NCBI GenBank assembly: GCA_963817525.1
Contig: CAWFOU010000007.1
Span: forward strand, 352,001 to 416,000
DNA: 64,000 nucleotides
DNA from: an uncultured archaeon
GTDB lineage: Archaea; Thermoproteota; Nitrososphaeria; Nitrososphaerales; Gagatemarchaeaceae
Direction of reading: 5' to 3'
Part shown: positions 58,659 to 64,000 of the stretch, piece after piece
How the letters are laid out: each line of letters starts with the position of its first letter
Numbering within the stretch: position 1 is the first letter of the stretch
Made by a program: the position numbers and the translations under genes
The notes under the pieces: model-generated
Told to the model about the DNA's origin: nothing
The model's database searches: none
The model's input: only the letters and a program-made list of their open reading frames with translations

Positions 58659-59599
58659 TCAGGGGGTTTCTGATTTCTGCGAATCTTTGGACCTTACCTG
58701 AACCGGAATCAGTTGCTTGTCAAGATGGTCCGCCTCATTCAGTATCAGTGTTGTCAGGTTCCCTTCTGGCACGATGATCTTTGCGTTGTTCATGACCGAC
58801 TCTATCGCCTCGAGTTTCTTGAAGACCACCGCGTTATCTTTGAAGTAGGTCGTCAACGCTTCGTTCCTCAGCTTCGTGGCCTCCGCGTCCCCTTGCGCGA
58901 TGGATACGGTCGCCAGCTTGTGGCCTTCCGCCTGCAGAATCTCCGCCTGCTTCAGTCCCTCTGCCTGGGCGATTGCGGCGCGTTTCTGGCCGTCGGCCTG
59001 GGCGGCCACCGCATCCGCCTGGTTGACCGCTGACCTCTTGGTGTTCTCGGACTCGATGATCTTGTTCATCGACTCCTGTATGTTTTGCGGTGGTCTCAGG
59101 TCTTTGCCCGCACTATGTTGATTCCCCAGACGTCCGTCTGGGCCTTTAGCTTTGCGAGGAGCTGCTGGTTGATGATATCTCTCCCTTGGTTTGCCTCCTC
59201 ATAGGTCATGGAACCGAGGATGTCCCTAAGGGTCACATGACCGAGCACGTCGATCTGCTGCTTGTAGTTGTTTACGCTGTACTCGCTGGCCTTGACGGAA
59301 GCCTCGTCCGTCTTTACCTTGTAGGAGACCACCATGTTGATCGTGAGGTTGAGCCTGTCCCTGGTGATGATCACCTGAGGTTCAGGTTCGGTGATCTGCT
59401 CGGTGATGTTTATCTTGATAAGTCGATCCACGAGCGGAATCAGGAAGGTGAGGCCGGTGTCCACGAAGTGATTGTAGCGGCCATTCCTCTCAACTAGTCC
59501 CCTCTGAGTAGGCCGGACTATGTGCAGCGACCTCGCGATGATTGCTATCAAGATCACTCCCACTATCAGGACCTCAGCGAGGAGGGTCTCGTCTACCAT
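58659..59599 (-). pseudogene. SPFH/band 7 protein with one frameshift
   Basis: GLVERNG..PQVIITRD..WGINIVRA, then KDLRPPQNIQESMNK in another frame near 59105. Confidence 0.8.
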
Positions 59600-59669
59600 G
59601 TTTCCGTGTCTCTTGACGAGTGAAGCTCGCTCGTCCGATTTAAGCTGATTGCGACCGCCGCAGCCAAGT

Positions 59670-59762
59670 TCATGTAAAGAGAATTACCAGGAGGATGGCT
59701 ATGATGACCAAGAGGATGGCTATGATGAGAGCGGGATGAGCAATGCCACGCCTGGGCACCAT
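59670..59762 (-). CDS. 30-aa peptide resembling a class III signal peptide
   Basis: MVPRRG/IAHPALIIAILLVIIAILLVILFT; TATA-like TTATAGG/CTATAA about 25 nt upstream. Confidence 0.45.
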   Translation of the reverse strand: MVPRRGIAHPALIIAILLVIIAILLVILFT

Positions 59763-59844
59763 AGCTTGATGGTTAGTGCTCCGCCTTATAGGATTATTCG
59801 AATTTTTATGTCGACTTCCTAGTTGACTGCCGTTCGCGGGCGAG

Positions 59845-60242
59845 ACGAGGCGGAGAAGCGGGGTCGAGGTCTCCATCGTGGACAGCGCGGGTTAAGTCAT
59901 CCACAGAGGCGTGCCGGCTAGCGAGGTCGACGTCCAACTGAGGACGCCTGGTCCGCTGGTACACGGACAACAGGGAGAGATACCCCGTTCGTTCTCGCAG
60001 CGGTAGTGCACAATCAGTTCGAGACTATTCATCCCTTCCAAGACGGCAACGGCAGGGTCGGCAGGCTACTGCTGATCATCGTCCTGATTAAGCACAGACT
60101 GCCTCCGTTGAACATCGAGCTGAAGAACAGGCAGCAGTATTATGAGGCTCTCAGACAATACCAGACAATGGGTAACCTACGCCCTACGCTCGACCTGATG
60201 ATGAAAGAGTACAGGCGGCTCAAGGCCGCTCTCAGAGGGTGA
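59845..60242 (+). pseudogene. Fic-domain protein remnant
   Basis: Intact HPFQDGNGRVGR motif; the upstream part is broken by a stop and frameshifts. Confidence 0.8.
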
Positions 60243-60328
60243 CTACAAGTGTGAGATGTGTAGTCGCCTAAGGCACCCTCCTTGGGCGGCCTGCCGGCTG
60301 ACCTGTTAAAAGAGAGTTCGATGCAAAA

Positions 60329-60655
60329 ATGACTATGAGACTCGAGGAAATGCGGCGGGTGCTAGTGGGGGCCGCCGCCGAGCGGAAGACGGTTACTTAC
60401 GGCCAGCTCATGAAGAAGTTCGGCCTGTCTCGCGGCTCGGGGCGAGGGAACACGGTCGTGGGGGCCTTGGACGAGATCGACGGCGCGGAGCGCGCCGCGG
60501 GCGCCCCCGGCTTCGCGGCCATAGTTGTGAGGAAGGATACCGGCTACCCTGGCCGGGGCTTCTTCGCCGGGGACGGGGGCTCGCGCCTCACCCCCTCGGA
60601 GAAGGAACTCGCCGACAAGGAGCGGGAGAGAATCTGGAGCTACTATCGGCGCTAA
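60329..60655 (+). CDS. Small putative winged-helix protein
   Basis: TVTYGQL..P..AIVVRKDTGYPGRGF pattern. Confidence 0.65.
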   Translation: MTMRLEEMRRVLVGAAAERKTVTYGQLMKKFGLSRGSGRGNTVVGALDEIDGAERAAGAPGFAAIVVRKDTGYPGRGFFAGDGGSRLTPSEKELADKERERIWSYYRR

Positions 60656-60710
60656 CGCTAATTACGTTCGGCGGCGTGGATGAGAGCCAGCCGCGTGAGT
60701 GAATCATTCC

Positions 60711-61166
60711 ATGGAAATCAAGGTCGACGACTTGACGGGCCCGGAAATCCAGCGGATGCTTAGAGAGCACCTGGAGGACATGGCGCGGCACTCTCCGCCG
60801 GAGAGCATGCACGCGTTGGACCTCGAAGGACTGCGCAAACCCGAGATCACCTTCTGGAGCGCGTGGGAGGACGGCGAGCTGTTTGGATGCGGTGCTCTGA
60901 AGGAATTGACCCCGAAGCACGGGGAGGTCAAGTCCATGCGCACGGCCCCGGCGCATCGTGGTAGAGGTGTAGCGTCGACGATGCTCAAACAAATCCTGAA
61001 AGAGGCCAAAAGGCGAGGCTACGACAGGGTGAGCCTAGAAACCGGCTCGATGGCCGCCTTCGCTCCCGCCCGCGGATTATACGCTAAATTTGGTTTTGAA
61101 GGGTGTGGGCCGTTCGCGGGTTATGTCGAGGACCCGAACAGCGTGTTCATGACAAAGAGACTGTGA
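60711..61166 (+). CDS. GNAT family acetyltransferase
   Basis: SPPESMHALD, GEVKSMRT, RGRGVA, SLETG. Confidence 0.92.
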   Translation: MEIKVDDLTGPEIQRMLREHLEDMARHSPPESMHALDLEGLRKPEITFWSAWEDGELFGCGALKELTPKHGEVKSMRTAPAHRGRGVASTMLKQILKEAKRRGYDRVSLETGSMAAFAPARGLYAKFGFEGCGPFAGYVEDPNSVFMTKRL

Positions 61167-61288
61167 GACGCGAGCCACGCATTTTGTTCAAGGAAGCGGC
61201 TGATTTGTTGCGATATTTGCCGTTCAAGACGGTGAAACGGGTGTTCAAAACCGCTCTATGATAACCCGAAGGGCCTGATACCTGGCAC

Positions 61289-62545
61289 ATGAGCAGCAGA
61301 AACCAGGTGGTCATGGCCGGCGTCTTCGCGGTGGCCATAGCGCTAGCCGCGATCGTCGGAGCGGTCTATCTTCTTCCAAGTCCGAATCAAAACGGCGCGA
61401 CTTCTACGAATTCGGGCGGCCTAACATCGACGTCCACGGGCGCCCAGTCGCAGGGCAGCACCTCCGCCAAGGACCAAGGCACGCTTTCGATACTCCTGAC
61501 GGACCCGCCCACCGTCCCTGCGGGGGTCACCGCGATCTACGTCACCTACAGTAACGTGGCGGTCCACATAGGCAAGGCGGGGAACCAGACGGGCTGGACC
61601 AACGCGAACACGACGGGGACCATTAACCTCATGCAGATGGTGAACGTAAGCTCGACCATAGCGACCGTGAAGGTCAGCACTGGCGTATACAACGCGCTGA
61701 GGTTCAACGTCTCCTCTGCTCTAGTCACCTTCAATGGCGGTAACTACACGGCCTTCGTCCCGAAGGCGGAGCTCACCGTCATAATCCCAGGAGGGATTGA
61801 GGTCAACTCGACTTCGACCGCCGGGGCGATCATAGACATGCACCCCACGGTGCTCAACATCGGGAGCAAGTCGACCCCCGAATTCATAGTAGACACGGCC
61901 GCATCCGTGTTCGGCCTCCCGCAGGGCGTGATAACCAAGGCGGTCGAGCACGTGGGGACCGTCATGAGGATCGACAACCAGACGTGGTGGCAGCACATCA
62001 ACGAGCAGTACACCGCGAACATCCAGATAACGGCCGCGAGCGTCTCGAACGACTCGCTCTCGGTGACGATCAACAACACCGGGACCCAGCCCGTGACGCT
62101 CGGTACGATAACCGTGGCGCCCCTGGGCAGCGAGTGCGCGACGCCAGCGTCGACGTCCCAGAACCATAGGGCCGTGCCTCCCTGCTTCACAGGGGCCGCG
62201 GTCTTCCTCGTGCAGAACGACAGCAGCCTAAAGTCGTTCTCCTCGTTCATCCTCCCGAACTTCTTCGGGGGCTTTGGCAACGGGCAGCACGGCAACAGGC
62301 AGTCAAACAGCAGCTCGACGTCCACCACAACCTCCACCACGACCTCTCAATCCGGAGCATATCCAGGGAGCACCGGCTACACGCTGGCGCCGGGGCAGAG
62401 TGTGACCCTGACCTATTCAGGGAGCATAAGCTTCGGGTTCGCCTTCGGCGGTAGGACCGCGCCAGGGGTGGTATCGGGCGACCAGTACCAGATCACCGCG
62501 CTGGGGCAGGAAGCTCTCGCACAGACAGTAGTGGTGGCCGGCTAG
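61289..62545 (+). CDS. DUF4382-like membrane-anchored exported protein
   Basis: N-terminal TM, GTLSILLTDPP..IYVTYSNVAVH. Confidence 0.75.
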   Translation: MSSRNQVVMAGVFAVAIALAAIVGAVYLLPSPNQNGATSTNSGGLTSTSTGAQSQGSTSAKDQGTLSILLTDPPTVPAGVTAIYVTYSNVAVHIGKAGNQTGWTNANTTGTINLMQMVNVSSTIATVKVSTGVYNALRFNVSSALVTFNGGNYTAFVPKAELTVIIPGGIEVNSTSTAGAIIDMHPTVLNIGSKSTPEFIVDTAASVFGLPQGVITKAVEHVGTVMRIDNQTWWQHINEQYTANIQITAASVSNDSLSVTINNTGTQPVTLGTITVAPLGSECATPASTSQNHRAVPPCFTGAAVFLVQNDSSLKSFSSFILPNFFGGFGNGQHGNRQSNSSSTSTTTSTTTSQSGAYPGSTGYTLAPGQSVTLTYSGSISFGFAFGGRTAPGVVSGDQYQITALGQEALAQTVVVAG

Positions 62546-62622
62546 GCCACCGCCTGCCTCCGTCTCTGGCTCGCTATCATAGATTCATCACTCTTTTCTA
62601 GAAGCAGCCGGGGACCCGCCCT

Positions 62623-63054
62623 ACGAAGTCCATCGCGCCCAGCGCGGAGCTGAAGGGCAACACCCTGAAGGTCTACGTCTACGTCCTCAAGCACGGCGAC
62701 GTAGGCGTGAGGGAAGTCCAGCGCGCACTGAGGCTCTCGAACCCCTCGCTGGCCCAGTATCACCTCAACAAGCTGAGGGACATGGGGCTGGTGATGGAGG
62801 TCGGCGGCGCGTATCAGGTGTGTGCGGAGGTGAGGGTCGACGCGCTGAGGGGCCTCCTCCGGATAGGCACCCTCCTCGTCCCGAGGTTCGTGTTCTACGC
62901 GGTCCTCTTGACGGTGCTCGGGGGTTACTTCATCGTCGCTTCGATCCCCTACTTGTCGGTGTACCCGCTCATCGAGGTCTCCTACGCGCTCGTGGTCTTC
63001 GCCTCGGCGGCGTTCTGGTTCGAGTCCTTCCACGCCTGGAAGTCGGCCCCCTGA
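62623..63054 (+). CDS. Winged-helix regulator with two C-terminal TM helices
   Basis: ELKGNTLKVYVYVL..GVREVQRAL..SNPSLAQYHLNKL; the first helix lies upstream of the first canonical start (62707), and ACG is at 62623. Confidence 0.75.
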   Translation, partial: TKSIAPSAELKGNTLKVYVYVLKHGDVGVREVQRALRLSNPSLAQYHLNKLRDMGLVMEVGGAYQVCAEVRVDALRGLLRIGTLLVPRFVFYAVLLTVLGGYFIVASIPYLSVYPLIEVSYALVVFASAAFWFESFHAWKSAP

Positions 63055-63104
63055 CTCCTTCGCCAGGCGCCAAGGAATATATCGAAGGTTCCGTCAAGGC
63101 GGCC

Positions 63105-63815
63105 ATGGCAAAATCCTCGCCGAAGAAGGTCGTCGTCTCCAAGGACGGCCCGTACAAGGTCTCGGGCGACGTCCCCCTCAGCATGCAGATAATCAACCCG
63201 AACAAGGAGGGCCTCTCCTGGGACTGGAAGAAGGCGAAGGACTTCAAGACCGAGGAGGAGTACGACCTCTGCAGGTGCGGCCACTCCAAGACCAAGCCCT
63301 TCTGCGACGGCTCCCACGCCAAGGTCGGGTTCGACGGCACGGAGACCGCGACCCGGAAGCCGTACGTCAGGCAGGCTGAGGTCTTCGAGGGGCCGAGCCT
63401 CCTCCTGAGCGACGCCGAGGACCTCTGCGCGTTCGCGCGCTTCTGCGACCCCCAGGGCAAGATATGGAGCGTCGTCGAGCAGCCCGGCGCCGAGGCGAGG
63501 AAGCTGGCGATACGCGAGGCGAACCACTGCCCGGGGGGCAGGCTGGTCGTCCACGACAAGAAGACCGGCAAGGTCATCGAGGAGGAGCTCCCTCAGTCGA
63601 TCGGGGTGGTCGAGGACCCGGCCCTTGGCTGCAGCGGGCCGCTCTGGATCAGGGGCGGGATCACGATAGAGTCGGAGAACGGGAACACCTACGAGACGAG
63701 AAACCGGGTGGCGCTCTGCCGCTGCGGCGCGTCGGCGAACAAGCCCTTCTGCAACGGGAGCCACGCCAGCATCAAGTTCAGGGACGGCCTCGTAGAGTTC
63801 GTCAAGCTAGAGTGA
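63105..63815 (+). CDS. CDGSH iron-sulfur domain protein with central divergent ferredoxin domain
   Basis: LCRCGHSKTKPFCDGSH, CAFARFC..CPGG, LCRCGASANKPFCNGSH. Confidence 0.93.
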   Translation: MAKSSPKKVVVSKDGPYKVSGDVPLSMQIINPNKEGLSWDWKKAKDFKTEEEYDLCRCGHSKTKPFCDGSHAKVGFDGTETATRKPYVRQAEVFEGPSLLLSDAEDLCAFARFCDPQGKIWSVVEQPGAEARKLAIREANHCPGGRLVVHDKKTGKVIEEELPQSIGVVEDPALGCSGPLWIRGGITIESENGNTYETRNRVALCRCGASANKPFCNGSHASIKFRDGLVEFVKLE

Positions 63816-63819
63816 GCGG

Positions 63820-64000
63820 TCAGGGGGGTTTGTCTGGCCGATCCCCTGCGCCCCCCACCTTCTCCTCATCCTCGAGAAGCGGAAGATCTGGTACACGGTC
63901 AGGGCCATCCAGAGGACGAGGAGGCCCACGACCACGAGGCTCAGGTCCAGGCTGCGCACGAAGAGGATGTTGGTCAGGGCGAGCAGGACGGCGGCGACCC
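63820..64000 (-). CDS. 3' end of a membrane protein running in from the right edge
   Basis: Open frame AAVLLALTNILFVRSLDLSLVVVGLLVLWMALTVYQIFR...TP*. Confidence 0.5.
   Translation of the reverse strand, partial: GRRRPARPDQHPLRAQPGPEPRGRGPPRPLDGPDRVPDLPLLEDEEKVGGAGDRPDKPP

Noticed and set aside
59090-59115. Programmed frameshift in the SPFH gene
   Set aside because: Residues expected between VRA and KDL are missing, which fits a small deletion or assembly error rather than recoding
231-63764. Numerous Arg/Gly/Pro-rich overlapping ORFs in the six-frame track
   Set aside because: Alternative-frame artefacts of high GC; they have no recognisable motifs and overlap well-supported genes

Overview
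GC-rich archaeal chromosomal segment. Evidence for archaeal origin: BHB-intron tRNAs, PolB2, Hef-like helicase, and TATA-proximal, apparently leaderless genes. The gene content resembles non-ammonia-oxidising Nitrososphaerota, which is inference. The left end is housekeeping (Hef-like helicase, thrB, thrC, NAD-kinase-like, YyaL-like, PfpI). The 11-34.6 kb region is a cell-surface and DNA-damage locus. It holds two paralogous six-gene MoxR/DUF58 cassettes, three large modular surface proteins with tandem repeats, and a PolB2 module (Zn-ribbon RadA-like gene plus two small PolB2-associated genes, then polB2). That module is split by the second cassette, and both halves carry a copy of the same promoter. 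The 40-60 kb region is a mosaic of lower-GC islets around three tRNAs: Leu-GAG, Thr-CGT (one non-canonical intron) and Phe-GAA (two). It includes a 1.4 kb integrase-less islet bounded by a tRNA-Leu 3' duplication carrying one frameshifted nuclease-like gene. It also contains an integrase remnant ending in a tRNA-like 3' end, an IS5-family element inserted in the signal peptide of a thermopsin-like gene, VapBC and MNT-HEPN pairs, a stand-alone LAGLIDADG gene and several pseudogenes. Several genes appear to lack a canonical start and have ACG at the expected start position. No CRISPR array or rRNA was seen. All family assignments are motif recognition by eye, not database results.
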